DNA from: Eubacteriales bacterium
GTDB lineage: Bacteria; Bacillota; Clostridia; Saccharofermentanales; DTU023
DNA length: 64,000 nucleotides
Direction: 5' to 3'
Assembly (NCBI GenBank): GCA_030537525.1
Contig: JAUNVU010000001.1
Coordinates: forward strand, 10,142 to 74,141
Below, one piece after another: positions 46,778 to 56,465 of this stretch (positions are counted from its first letter, which is position 1; each line of letters opens with the position of its first letter). The notes under the pieces were generated by a model. The model saw nothing but the letters and a program-made list of their open reading frames with translations. It had not been told where the DNA came from and ran no database searches. Position numbers and translations under genes: made by a program.

Positions 46778-47920
46778 ATGACCCAGCAGAAGGCAATTAA
46801 ATTATCAGGAATCATATTAGCTGTATCGCTAGCTTTATTATTAGCAATGAGTTTGGTGGCAAAGATTTGGCCAAGTCTCAAGGAGCCTGGAGAGATACAG
46901 CTGAGCAAGCAGAATGTGAAGTCTACAGACTTGCCTTTGGAGGAAGAAGATGTCAGCGCGGCACGCCCCAATAGCTATAAGGTACCTGCCTGGTCGTCGG
47001 AGTCTGTGCTACCTATTTTCCACAACAGCAATTTGGAACTAATTGCCAAGCGACAGAAGAATGAACAGGCGCTAAATGGTGTGACAATATTCTTAGATCC
47101 AGCTTTGGGCGGGGATGAGAAGGGCTACACTCTCAGCAGTAATGCTAGTGGAAACTTCACCAAGGTCTACACCCAGGCTGAGCTCAATTTACTCTTAGCA
47201 GAAAAGATAGCTAAAAAGTTTGAATCTCTCGGTGCCCAGGTCATTTTAATGCGTTCTACAGATATGACCATGTCAGACTATGAGAGGGCAGCAAGACTCG
47301 CCTACTACATTTTAGGCGAATTCCAAAAAGAGCTGAAAGAGCAAAATTTTACGAGCGAGCGCTTGTCTGACTTGAGAAGAGTAATTGGTGCAGAAATTGC
47401 CAAGGGCCAGGATGCCAACTACCAACAGCTCTTTACCAAGCCTGGGGCGAATTCCAATTTGAGATTGATTCTAGATATAGAGAAGCAGTTTCAAGAAATG
47501 TTTTATTTACGCATCAACTATGCTCATGACAGCAAGAATACTGATAATAGAGGTTATCAGCTGAAGGTTATCAAGCCGATTTTAGCGGCGGCTGAAGGTA
47601 GTAAAGAAACACCTGCCTACATGGGTTATCTGGCTGCAGAGAGCAAGGCTGTAGCAGAGAACATGAGTGCGGAACTTCTAAAAATTATCCCAGAGCTCAA
47701 GAATTCTGATAGCGAGGGTGTTGTTGAGACCGTTTCTGACCTCTTCAGATTCATCAACATACCTTTTGTTGAATTCTCGCCAGGCTATCTTAGTCATGCC
47801 CGTGACTTATCGATAATTATCAGCTCTGAGCGTCAGGAGATTATTGCTGAGGCAGTGGCCAATTCGCTCTATGCTTATCTATCCGAGATAGAAATTGCAA
47901 AAACAGAAGATGAGCAATAG
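46778..47920 (+). CDS. Membrane-anchored Amidase_3 (MurNAc-LAA)-like protein with a degenerate metal site
   Basis: N-terminal TM or signal anchor. IFLDPALGGDEKG aligns with the family motif IDPGHGGxDxG, with His replaced by Ala. Later family blocks are recognisable: RINYAHD and VEFSPGYLSHARD. Confidence 0.55.
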   Translation: MTQQKAIKLSGIILAVSLALLLAMSLVAKIWPSLKEPGEIQLSKQNVKSTDLPLEEEDVSAARPNSYKVPAWSSESVLPIFHNSNLELIAKRQKNEQALNGVTIFLDPALGGDEKGYTLSSNASGNFTKVYTQAELNLLLAEKIAKKFESLGAQVILMRSTDMTMSDYERAARLAYYILGEFQKELKEQNFTSERLSDLRRVIGAEIAKGQDANYQQLFTKPGANSNLRLILDIEKQFQEMFYLRINYAHDSKNTDNRGYQLKVIKPILAAAEGSKETPAYMGYLAAESKAVAENMSAELLKIIPELKNSDSEGVVETVSDLFRFINIPFVEFSPGYLSHARDLSIIISSERQEIIAEAVANSLYAYLSEIEIAKTEDEQ

Positions 47921-48042
47921 ATTTCTAGGGGATGATTAGATTTGAATAGATATCGCCTTAGGCTGAACCTACTGCGGAAAGACTCTTTTGCTTAAGGCCT
48001 TTTGCTCTGAGTATAACCCTATTCTTGTGACAGATTAAAATA

Positions 48043-48082
48043 CCCCTTTCTCTGGACTAAAAGAGAAAGGGGTTTAGTTTTG
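48043..48082. terminator. Bidirectional intrinsic terminator
   Basis: 11-bp stem CCCCTTTCTCT / AGAGAAAGGGG with T-rich tracts on both strands. It lies between convergent genes. Confidence 0.8.
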
Positions 48083-48119
48083 TATTCGTTTCCTTTTACT
48101 AGGAGCTACTCTCTAAAGA

Positions 48120-49625
48120 TTACTTGCAAAGTTCTTTAGTTGCGTGATAGAGAATAGCAGCACCAGCGCCTGAGGCTCCTGCTGGATAACCTTCAGTAGG
48201 ACCGTCTAAGTAGGCTGGACCAGCGATGTCGATGTGAGCCCAGGGTAGACCACCAGTGAAAGCGCGGACGAAGAGACCTGCAGTGATCATGCCGCCCCAA
48301 CGGCTGCTACCAGTATTGGAGATATCAGCGCGTCTGGACTTGTTGAGTAAGGCATACTCATCATCGTTTGGCATTCTCCAGACCTTGTCACCACTGAGGT
48401 CAGAACCGAGTTGGATGGCATTGAATATCTCGTCGTCGTTAGAGATAACACCAGCGATATCCGTACCGAGGGCGACTACACAGGCACCTGTAAGTGTGGC
48501 GATATCGATGATCTTGGTAGCCTTTTCAAATTTCTGGGCATAGGTTACGGCGTCGGCAAGGGTTAGACGGCCTTCGGCGTCAGTGTTGAGGACTTCAATA
48601 GTCTTGCCGGCGAGTGAACCGATAATGTCACCATTTCTGTTGGCATCACCAGAAATCATATTCTCACAAGCTGCGACGATTGCTACTACGTTGACCTTCT
48701 CCTGGCAGGCGGCGAGGGCGGAGATAGCGCCAATTACGGCTGCACTACCACCCATGTCAGCGTGCATGGTAACCATGCCTGAGGCTGGCTTGATGGCGTA
48801 ACCACCTGAGTCATAGCAAATACCCTTACCGACAAGAGCGATTTTCTCGTCAGAATCTGGGTTATTGAGATAACGCATGACGATGAAGCGAGGGGGATTG
48901 TCTGAGCCCTTGGCTACGGCCCAAAAGGCCTCCATACCCATGTCGATGATCTCATCTTTTTCCTTAATTTCAATTTCAAAACCGTATTTTTCAGCAGCCT
49001 TCTTAGCTTCTTCTGCTAGAATCTCTGGAGTCATGAGATTAGCAGGCTGATCTACTAGATAGCGAGACAGCTTAACTGCTTCTGCTAGTTTAAAGGCCTC
49101 GTCAATAACGACCTCCTGGTTCTCAATTTCTGAGCTCAAGACCAATTTTAGATTGCTCAATACGTGAGTTTCTGGCTTCTCTGGTAATTCGTTATTGGGG
49201 TTTGGATTAGGACCGCCGTGACCTAAGTGCATGTCGAAGCGATAGGTGGCGAGATCCAGCTGATTTAAGAGACTGGACAGACCCTTGGCGCAGAATTTGG
49301 AGCCGATCACTAGGGCGAGATCTTCGACCTTGCGCTCGCGCAGCTTGCACTCTAATTCGCGCATGGCCTTGCGTCTGACCTGGATGTGGGGTCCTTCTTG
49401 CAGCTTGACTAGGAAGAAGCGGTGCTTCTTGCCCTCTCTGCTAGTGAGGAAGTCGATAACTTTGGTTTCATCAGATTTTAGCTCATAGTCTTCTAATAGC
49501 GACTTGAACTCAGTTCTGAGATTTTCTTCTAGGAAATTTAATTCCTTGTCCTCATCCTTGATGAGAATAGCGATGTTCTCATCTTGCCAATCGTAGTTTT
49601 GGAGTTTGACTTGTGAATACTGCAT
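48120..49625 (-). CDS. pepA: Leucyl aminopeptidase (M17)
   Basis: M17 signature NTDAEGRLTLADA and the metal-site block VGKGICYDSGGYAIKP are present. 501 aa. Confidence 0.9.
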   Translation of the reverse strand: MQYSQVKLQNYDWQDENIAILIKDEDKELNFLEENLRTEFKSLLEDYELKSDETKVIDFLTSREGKKHRFFLVKLQEGPHIQVRRKAMRELECKLRERKVEDLALVIGSKFCAKGLSSLLNQLDLATYRFDMHLGHGGPNPNPNNELPEKPETHVLSNLKLVLSSEIENQEVVIDEAFKLAEAVKLSRYLVDQPANLMTPEILAEEAKKAAEKYGFEIEIKEKDEIIDMGMEAFWAVAKGSDNPPRFIVMRYLNNPDSDEKIALVGKGICYDSGGYAIKPASGMVTMHADMGGSAAVIGAISALAACQEKVNVVAIVAACENMISGDANRNGDIIGSLAGKTIEVLNTDAEGRLTLADAVTYAQKFEKATKIIDIATLTGACVVALGTDIAGVISNDDEIFNAIQLGSDLSGDKVWRMPNDDEYALLNKSRRADISNTGSSRWGGMITAGLFVRAFTGGLPWAHIDIAGPAYLDGPTEGYPAGASGAGAAILYHATKELCK

Positions 49626-49698
49626 GAAAAAATCCTTTCAGAAGTATATTTCTAGGATAAATTATTGCATATAAACGCCAAGATTGCATCCCATGAGA

Positions 49699-50157
49699 TT
49701 AGGCTAGTCTAATTAGACCAGAAGTTACAAACCAGAGCAGTAGTCCTGCAGCAATTATTCCGCAGCAGACGGCCATTACTGTCTTTTTAAAATCTAGCTG
49801 AAGCATAGAGGCGCCAAGAGTTCCAGTCCAAGCTCCTGTGCCAGGCAGGGGTATGGCAACAAAGAGAAAAAGGGCGATGTAAAGTCCAAGTCCAGCTTTG
49901 GCCTCTATTTTTCGTCCCGCTATTTCGCCGCGTTTGAGGCAAAATTTTGCAAAAGACCCAAAAATTGGCCATTCCACCCCCGCCACTAAAATTTTATGTG
50001 CAAGATAGTAGATAAAGGGAACTGGCAGCATATTACCAAGAACTGCCACTATTAAAGAGGGCCAAAATGGTAGTCCCATAACGCGGGCGTAGGGCATTGC
50101 CAGCCTGAGTTCGACTAGAGGTAACATAGAGATAAAAAATATCTTAAGGTATTTCAC
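49699..50157 (-). CDS. COG2426-type small membrane protein (putative small multidrug export protein)
   Basis: MLPLVELRLAMPYA...GNMLPVPFIY is typical of the family. I moved the start to GTG 50157, which follows AAGGAG. The longer track ORF would overlap the murE start. Confidence 0.6.
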   Translation of the reverse strand: MKYLKIFFISMLPLVELRLAMPYARVMGLPFWPSLIVAVLGNMLPVPFIYYLAHKILVAGVEWPIFGSFAKFCLKRGEIAGRKIEAKAGLGLYIALFLFVAIPLPGTGAWTGTLGASMLQLDFKKTVMAVCCGIIAAGLLLWFVTSGLIRLA

Positions 50158-50214
50158 ATATACTCCTTGGCTTCGATTTCTAGGCAAGTATAATATAAAG
50201 TCGAGGTTGGAGCT

Positions 50215-51759
50215 ATGAATAATGTATTTTATTTGAATGAAAAGCAGCTTACTAGTTTGGCTGATTTTAATATCCAAGCCTATCGCTTCACAAGGGATAG
50301 TGGATTATTAGAGAGCATGGATTTAAGGGAGGTCCCTATTGGTCGTCTTGTCTATGATTCTCGAAAAACTCAGGCAAGGGATTGCTTTTTTGCGCTTCCA
50401 GGTCGGCTAAGAGAGGGTTCTAAATTCATTAAAGACGCTCTAAAAAATGGGGCGACAACTATTGTTTCTGAGGGCTCAATAGAGGATTTAAGATCGGATT
50501 TGGACGATGTAAATAATGATTTTCAGCTCATTACTTGCCAGGAGATTCGAAAGGTTATGGCCTTGATGGCGACCTTTTACTATGGGGAGCCTTGTGCGAA
50601 ATTGCACTGTATTGGAATTACTGGTACGAAGGGCAAGAGTTCCTTGGCTTCTTTACTTAGTCAGATCTTAGAAGCAGCGGGCAAGAAGACTTTACTGATT
50701 GGCACTACGGGAATTTGTTTTGCTGGAGAGAATCACGTCAGTGTCAATACTACGCCAGAGAGCGTGATTATTCAGAAAGCTGCTAGTGCGGCTTTGGCCA
50801 AAGGGGCAGAATACCTGGTTTTGGAAGTTTCTTCACAGGCCCTGGACATGGCCAGAACCGTTGGGATAAGCTTCGATCTCGCAGTGTTCCACAATATTAG
50901 TAGGGATCATATAGGCCCTTTAGAGCATCCTGACTTTGACTCTTACGTAGCTGCCAAAGAATTAATTTTTGAACAGGCGAAAAGAGCTCTTATAAATCAC
51001 GATATGGACTTGTTCGGGCGAGTTTATGAGAACGCAAGAAAATATCTTGATTGCGAAAATATCTACACCTATAGCTCAGAAGGGGATTCAACAAGAGCAG
51101 ATTTTTGTGCTAGTGAAATTAATTTTTTAGAAGGTGGAGTGAGCTTCAAGGCATTTGGTGAGAAATTGGTGCTGATGCCTGCAGCAAATTTTCTTGTCAG
51201 CAATGCCATGGCGGCGCTGGCCTGCTGTGAGTTAAGTGGCTTAGATACGGCGCAGGCTGCTAAATTACTGGGTAGTTTGCAAGTTCCTGGCAGACTTGAG
51301 TATTTTAATGGGCCAAATGAATCTTCTATCCTAATTGACTATGCTCATAATCGCCTGAGTCTCAATTCGCTTTTAAGATCTTTACAGTCAGTTCGAGATA
51401 AGGGACGCTTGATTCTTCTGATAGGGACGGTTGGCGACCGCTGTGAAGAGCGTCGAATCGAAATTCCCGAAGTTGCCGAGGCTCTAGCCGACTTTACTTA
51501 TTTAACAAGCGATAATCCAGGGCGAGAGCCAGCGCTTAAAATTTGTCAAGAGATGGCAGGGAATTTTTCAACAGATTATCATAACTATAAAGTTATCGTA
51601 GACCGGAAAGAGGCAATTAAGGACGCTGTTTCAAATTTGCGAAAAGGCGATCTACTAGTACTCGCAGGCAAGGGTCATGAGGAGTATCAGTTAATCGGTG
51701 AGAGGAAAATCCCTTTTTCAGAACGAGAAATTTTAAAAGATTTACTTGACGAGCACTAA
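50215..51759 (+). CDS. murE: UDP-N-acetylmuramoyl-L-alanyl-D-glutamate--diamino-acid ligase (MurE)
   Basis: Mur ligase P-loop GITGTKGKSS, the DYAHN block and a C-terminal domain with TSDNPGRE. 514 aa. RBS is GGAG. Confidence 0.85.
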   Translation: MNNVFYLNEKQLTSLADFNIQAYRFTRDSGLLESMDLREVPIGRLVYDSRKTQARDCFFALPGRLREGSKFIKDALKNGATTIVSEGSIEDLRSDLDDVNNDFQLITCQEIRKVMALMATFYYGEPCAKLHCIGITGTKGKSSLASLLSQILEAAGKKTLLIGTTGICFAGENHVSVNTTPESVIIQKAASAALAKGAEYLVLEVSSQALDMARTVGISFDLAVFHNISRDHIGPLEHPDFDSYVAAKELIFEQAKRALINHDMDLFGRVYENARKYLDCENIYTYSSEGDSTRADFCASEINFLEGGVSFKAFGEKLVLMPAANFLVSNAMAALACCELSGLDTAQAAKLLGSLQVPGRLEYFNGPNESSILIDYAHNRLSLNSLLRSLQSVRDKGRLILLIGTVGDRCEERRIEIPEVAEALADFTYLTSDNPGREPALKICQEMAGNFSTDYHNYKVIVDRKEAIKDAVSNLRKGDLLVLAGKGHEEYQLIGERKIPFSEREILKDLLDEH

Positions 51760-51865
51760 AGCTTAGTAATATTATGTCTAGGCACCTTTTTAGGTGACTA
51801 CTAGTCGGACATTCGTGTCATAAGCCTATTTGCAGATACGGGTTCGGCTAAACGAGGTGAAATTT

Positions 51866-52072
51866 ATGCGCGAAGGAATCCATCCTAAATATGGCAAATG
51901 CGAGGTCCGCTGTGCCTGTGGTGCAACATTTGAAACAGGCTCAACTCTAGAACAAATGACTGTTGATGTCTGCTCTCAGTGCCATCCTTTCTACACTGGT
52001 CGTCAGAAGCTAGTTGATACTGGTGGACGCGTTGACAAGTTCAAGCGCCGCATGCAGAGAAACAAGAATTAA
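51866..52072 (+). CDS. rpmE: 50S ribosomal protein L31
   Basis: MREGIHPKY...[13 protein letters not shown]...[12 protein letters not shown] 51866 follows GAGGTG. Confidence 0.92.
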   Translation: MREGIHPKYGKCEVRCACGATFETGSTLEQMTVDVCSQCHPFYTGRQKLVDTGGRVDKFKRRMQRNKN

Positions 52073-52081
52073 GTCAGAAGG

Positions 52082-52108
52082 AGGAGAGGCGGACGCCATC
52101 TCCTTTTT
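52082..52108 (+). terminator. Intrinsic terminator after rpmE
   Basis: AGGAGAGGC...GCCATCTCCT hairpin, followed by TTTTT. Confidence 0.65.
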
Positions 52109-52117
52109 CATTTGTAG

Positions 52118-52990
52118 ATGAAATTAAACAGTTATTTAAGACAAATCGCACAAACTGAAGATCTGGATCTACAAGAGTTACGCAAGCTCTGCAGCTACTT
52201 ACTGGACTTGGATCTCACAAGGCAGTTGAAAATGGATCTTGTCGAGCTGAATGACAGCAATCTAGCGGCACTTAATATCGCAGTAGAGAAGCTGAAGGCT
52301 GGCCAAAGAGTAGAGAGAATTGTCTCAACAGCCTTTTTTTATGGCCATGAATTTCATCTCAATGAGGCCTGTCTGATCCCTCGTCCTGATTCTGAAGTGT
52401 TGATTACTGAAGCTAGGCATATATTAGAAGAATATTATCCAGAGAAGGTTTCGGTCTTAGATATCTGTGCGGGCTCAGGCTGTCTTGGACTTGCCTTATT
52501 AGCTGCTTATGAAGGTCGTGCTGAGCTGGGCTTCATAGATGTTAGTGCAGCAGCGCTGAGCATGGCAAGGCTTAATCAAGAAGCCTTGCTTCCTGGCTTA
52601 ATTACCAGAGATTGGCAGCTGGATTTATTGCAGGTGGATTCGCTGGTAGTAGCAGAAATACTGGAAGAACATGATATAGTACTCTTCAATCCTCCGTATT
52701 TGACGACAGCAGAATATGAGGAGAGTACAGAGGAATTCAAGCGGAATGATCCCGCCGAAGCATTGGTGGCAGATAATGACGGCCTGGGCTTTTACCAAAG
52801 GATTAGCGAAATCTTTAGCCTAGCAGCAAAATTTAGCGGGTTTCTCGTGCTAGAACATGGCAGTCTTCAAGGCGAAGCGATTTATGATCTATTTTCAAAA
52901 GCCTATGGTTCACGAATTGAGCTTAGACTCTTAGAAGATTACGGTAAGAAGCGTCGAGGTTTGGCAATTCACTTTTTGCCTAATCATTAG
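52118..52990 (+). CDS. prmC: Release-factor glutamine N5-methyltransferase
   Basis: SAM motif VLDICAGSGCLGL and catalytic NPPY (VLFNPPYL). It is adjacent to prfA. Confidence 0.85.
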   Translation: MKLNSYLRQIAQTEDLDLQELRKLCSYLLDLDLTRQLKMDLVELNDSNLAALNIAVEKLKAGQRVERIVSTAFFYGHEFHLNEACLIPRPDSEVLITEARHILEEYYPEKVSVLDICAGSGCLGLALLAAYEGRAELGFIDVSAAALSMARLNQEALLPGLITRDWQLDLLQVDSLVVAEILEEHDIVLFNPPYLTTAEYEESTEEFKRNDPAEALVADNDGLGFYQRISEIFSLAAKFSGFLVLEHGSLQGEAIYDLFSKAYGSRIELRLLEDYGKKRRGLAIHFLPNH

Positions 52991-53038
52991 TAAACTTATA
53001 CGGGTAGATATTTTTTATGGACTCTGAAAGGAGAGATT

Positions 53039-54118
53039 ATGGCTCTGCCGATGGAACGTTTAGCCGCTATTGCAGCACATTATGATGAGCTGGAAGCGCA
53101 GATGGCTGAACCAGATTTAATAAAGGATCAAGAAAAATACATAGCGGTAATGAAAGAGTATCACGAACTACAGCCGTTGGTACTCAATATGCGCAGAATT
53201 AAGGAAATTGAGATTGAAGTAGAAGAAAATAAAATCCTACTTACTGAGAATGAAGATCAGGATTTTCGAGACTTGGCGCGTTCAGAGATCAATAAATTGG
53301 AGGATGAACGTGAGCGGCTAACCGCCGAGTTAATTGATCTCATGGCACCAAAGGACCCCAATGATGAGAAAAACGTAATAATTGAGATCAGAGGTGGTGC
53401 TGGCGGTGATGAGGCAGCTTTATTTGCGGCAGATCTCTATGGTATGTACACGTCTTCTGCTGAGAACAATGGTTGGACCCACGAGATTGTAGATCTCAAT
53501 GAGACTGAGATTGGTGGCTTCAAGGAAGTTGTCTTCATGATCAAGGGAAAGGGAGCCTATTCACATTACAAATTTGAATCAGGGGTACACAGAGTGCAGC
53601 GTGTGCCAACCACTGAAGCTGGCGGTAGAATCCATACTTCTACCGTCACCGTGGCAGTGCTCCCTGAGGCCGAAGAGGTAGAGATCGAGATCAATCCGAG
53701 CGACCTTCAGATAGATGCTTTCCGCGCATCTGGAGCTGGTGGGCAGCACGTCAATAAGACCTCATCGGCGATTCGTATTTTGCATGTGCCTTCAGGCTTG
53801 GTAGTAACTTCTCAGGATCAGCGGAGTCAGCATCAGAATCGTGAACAGGCTATGCGTGTTTTGCGAGCGAAGTTATACCAAATGGAACAAGAAAAGAAGT
53901 CGGAAGCCATTGCTTCAGAACGCCGTAGCCAGGTGGGTACGGGGGATCGTTCTGAGCGTATCAGAACTTATAACTTCCCCCAGGGTCGAGTAACTGACCA
54001 CCGAATTAACTTGACTCTTTATAATTTGGATCAGATTCTAGCAGGTGAAATAGAGCCGCTTGTAACAGCCTTACAGGCTGCGGCTAGAGAGGCCCAGATG
54101 GCCTCGGAGGGTAATTAG
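53039..54118 (+). CDS. prfA: Peptide chain release factor 1
   Basis: The PxT-region RVQRVPTTE and the GGQ motif (SGAGGQHVNKT) are present. 359 aa. Confidence 0.95.
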   Translation: MALPMERLAAIAAHYDELEAQMAEPDLIKDQEKYIAVMKEYHELQPLVLNMRRIKEIEIEVEENKILLTENEDQDFRDLARSEINKLEDERERLTAELIDLMAPKDPNDEKNVIIEIRGGAGGDEAALFAADLYGMYTSSAENNGWTHEIVDLNETEIGGFKEVVFMIKGKGAYSHYKFESGVHRVQRVPTTEAGGRIHTSTVTVAVLPEAEEVEIEINPSDLQIDAFRASGAGGQHVNKTSSAIRILHVPSGLVVTSQDQRSQHQNREQAMRVLRAKLYQMEQEKKSEAIASERRSQVGTGDRSERIRTYNFPQGRVTDHRINLTLYNLDQILAGEIEPLVTALQAAAREAQMASEGN

Positions 54119-54121
54119 CGG

Positions 54122-55186
54122 GTGTATCAAACAGAGATTATCCAGGCTGATAAATTAGAGCTTGCAGCAGAGGCGGTTAGGAGTGGAGGGCTAGTAGCCT
54201 TCCCAACCGAAACGGTTTACGGTCTGGGAGCTCTTTTTGATAGCCAATTAGCAGTTCAGAATATTTTTGAGACGAAGGGTAGACCGCAGGATAATCCACT
54301 GATCGTTCACCTTGCTGATATTGAGCAATTGGCGCAGGTAGCTGAGGGTGATTTGGCCTTGGCGAGAACATTATTTAAAAAATTCTCTCCTGGTCCACTG
54401 ACTTTGGTTTTAAAGAAGCGAGAAACAGTGCCCGCGCTAGTCAGCGCTGGACTTAGCACTGTGGCAGTAAGGATACCCAAGCATCCCTTGGCACTGGCTC
54501 TGATAGAGGCCGTGGGGAAGCCTCTTGTTGCTCCTTCAGCCAACACTTCAGGCCGGCCTTCGCCCACCTCGGCCTTGGCAGTTTTGGAGGATTTAGCTGG
54601 GAAGATACCCTACATCCTTGACGGTGGTAACTGTCTAGTCGGTCTGGAGTCGACAGTCCTCGATATCTCTCTAGACAAGGCGGCTATTCTTCGCCCAGGT
54701 GCGATCGGGCCAGATGAGCTCAGTAAAGTGCTTGCCTATAGACCTCAGATAACGACGATAAAGGCTGGTCAGGCTCCAGCAGCACCAGGAATGAAATATA
54801 GACATTACGCTCCTAATGTGCAGGTAGAGATTGTCGAGAGAAATGTTTCTGGATTATTGGAAGTCTGTGCACTGGAAAAATCTCCTGTTGCATTCCTGCT
54901 CAGTGCTAAGAGTCTCTCAAAGCTGTCACATAGTGATATTCATGAAAAATATAAACGTATAGCAAGTTTCGCGGAATTAGAAGCACTGCAGACCGCCAAA
55001 TCTTTCGACTCTGAACAGTTGCCGCTAGTCTTTGCGTATGCTGATGCCGTGCAGGCAAGCCAAGTCTTATTTAGTTTTTTCCGTCTAGCAGAGAAGCGAG
55101 CTACAAAAATCTATGTAGAGCCACCGTCCGCAGGTCCTTTGGCAGATGCTTTTATGAATAGATTGAAAAAGGCTGCATTAAGATAA
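54122..55186 (+). CDS. tsaC: L-threonylcarbamoyladenylate synthase (Sua5/YwlC type)
   Basis: YrdC domain (FPTETVYGLGA, KGRPQDNPLIVH, APSANTSGRPSPT) plus a Sua5 C-terminal domain. The GTG start follows GGAGGG. Confidence 0.88.
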   Translation: MYQTEIIQADKLELAAEAVRSGGLVAFPTETVYGLGALFDSQLAVQNIFETKGRPQDNPLIVHLADIEQLAQVAEGDLALARTLFKKFSPGPLTLVLKKRETVPALVSAGLSTVAVRIPKHPLALALIEAVGKPLVAPSANTSGRPSPTSALAVLEDLAGKIPYILDGGNCLVGLESTVLDISLDKAAILRPGAIGPDELSKVLAYRPQITTIKAGQAPAAPGMKYRHYAPNVQVEIVERNVSGLLEVCALEKSPVAFLLSAKSLSKLSHSDIHEKYKRIASFAELEALQTAKSFDSEQLPLVFAYADAVQASQVLFSFFRLAEKRATKIYVEPPSAGPLADAFMNRLKKAALR

Positions 55187-55234
55187 AGAAGTCAAGAAAT
55201 TTATAAAGCTGTGAAAATAGATCTGCTAAACGCC

Positions 55235-55263
55235 TTGCGTTCAAGCTTTATAGCTGTTATTAT
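55235..55263 (+). promoter_or_regulatory. Candidate sigma-A promoter of the rpsF-ssb-rpsR operon
   Basis: TTGCGT (55235-40), a 17-nt spacer, then TATTAT (55258-63), about 75 nt upstream of rpsF. Confidence 0.45.
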
Positions 55264-55336
55264 TCCTTCCAGAAACTTCCCATAGGGAAGAATCCTCGCT
55301 CAGCAATGAGCCATTAGTCCGAGAGGAGGTGAAACG

Positions 55337-55621
55337 ATGAAGCAGTACGAACTAGTTTATGTTCTCAAGCCTGATCTAGGCGAAGAGAAGTTGGAAGCCG
55401 CCCAAGAGCGAATTCACGACTTAATTAAGGAACATGGAGAGCTCGGCGAAGTCGATGTCTGGGGCCAGAAGAAACTAGCCTACGAGATCGAAGATTATCG
55501 TGACGGACACTATGTTCTAGTTCATTTCAACGCTGCTGCTGATTTCCCGAAAGAACTCGAGAGAGTACTTCAGATCAGCGACAGTGTCTTGCGTTACCTG
55601 ATTGTTAAGTTAGAAGAATAG
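55337..55621 (+). CDS. rpsF: 30S ribosomal protein S6
   Basis: MKQYELVYVLKPDL...WGQKKLAYEI. 94 aa. RBS is GAGGAGG. Confidence 0.95.
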   Translation: MKQYELVYVLKPDLGEEKLEAAQERIHDLIKEHGELGEVDVWGQKKLAYEIEDYRDGHYVLVHFNAAADFPKELERVLQISDSVLRYLIVKLEE

Positions 55622-55681
55622 TAGTCGAAACAGGTTTAAGAAGTTAGAAATCAGGCACATGCCTTTGACAGAGAGGTTAAA

Positions 55682-56098
55682 ATGAACAAAGCAATTTTAC
55701 TAGGTCGCTTAACGAAGGACCCAGAACTCAGAACCACCCAGAACAATGTTTCATATTGTTCCTTTACTCTGGCGATTGATCGCCCCTACAAGAACTCTAG
55801 AGGTGAGCGGGAGACCGATTTCATCCCCTGTGTGTGCTGGCGTTCGACAGCTGAATTTGCTGCGCGTTACTTCCGCAAGGGAGAACGCATGGCTCTAGTT
55901 GGCTCAATCCAGCCTAGACACTGGGACGATGAGCAAGGTGAGCGACACTACATTACTGAAGTGGTCGCTGATGAGGTCTATTTTGCTGATGCGAAGCGCG
56001 AGCAGCGTGACAGTGGTGAGAACCGTTTTGAGCGCAAATCAAGCGATAGTTTCATGCCAGCAGTTAGCGATGATACCTCTCTACCTTTTGACCTATAA
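55682..56098 (+). CDS. ssb: Single-stranded DNA-binding protein
   Basis: MNKAILLGRLTKDPELR OB-fold and an acidic C-terminal tail ending PFDL. It lies between rpsF and rpsR. Confidence 0.93.
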   Translation: MNKAILLGRLTKDPELRTTQNNVSYCSFTLAIDRPYKNSRGERETDFIPCVCWRSTAEFAARYFRKGERMALVGSIQPRHWDDEQGERHYITEVVADEVYFADAKREQRDSGENRFERKSSDSFMPAVSDDTSLPFDL

Positions 56099-56124
56099 AC
56101 TACAAATTAATTAAGGAGTAAATC

Positions 56125-56376
56125 ATGGCAAATCAAAGAAGAGGCGGTAGATCCTTTAGACCCCGTCGTGGTAGACGCAAATCTTGTGCCTTCTGCGCCG
56201 ATAAGGACCTAAAGATCGATTACAAGGATACCGCCACTCTCAAGCGCTTTTTGGCTGAGTCCGGTAAGATACTTCCTCGCCGTATGACAGGCCTCTGCGC
56301 CCAGGATCAGAGCAAACTGGCAACCAATGTCAAGCGTGCACGCCAGCTGGCCTTGATCCCCTATACTGAAAATTAA
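56125..56376 (+). CDS. rpsR: 30S ribosomal protein S18
   Basis: CAFCADK...IDYKD...LKRFL...[10 protein letters not shown]...Q..L...KRAR.LAL.PY. Confidence 0.95.
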   Translation: MANQRRGGRSFRPRRGRRKSCAFCADKDLKIDYKDTATLKRFLAESGKILPRRMTGLCAQDQSKLATNVKRARQLALIPYTEN

Positions 56377-56465
56377 TTAAACGCGGCGGTCGAGTTTTCT
56401 TTACCGCCCTTTTCCCTTGCTAATAGCTATACTATTAGAGAGCAGAGCATTCTGCGGAGGTAGAA

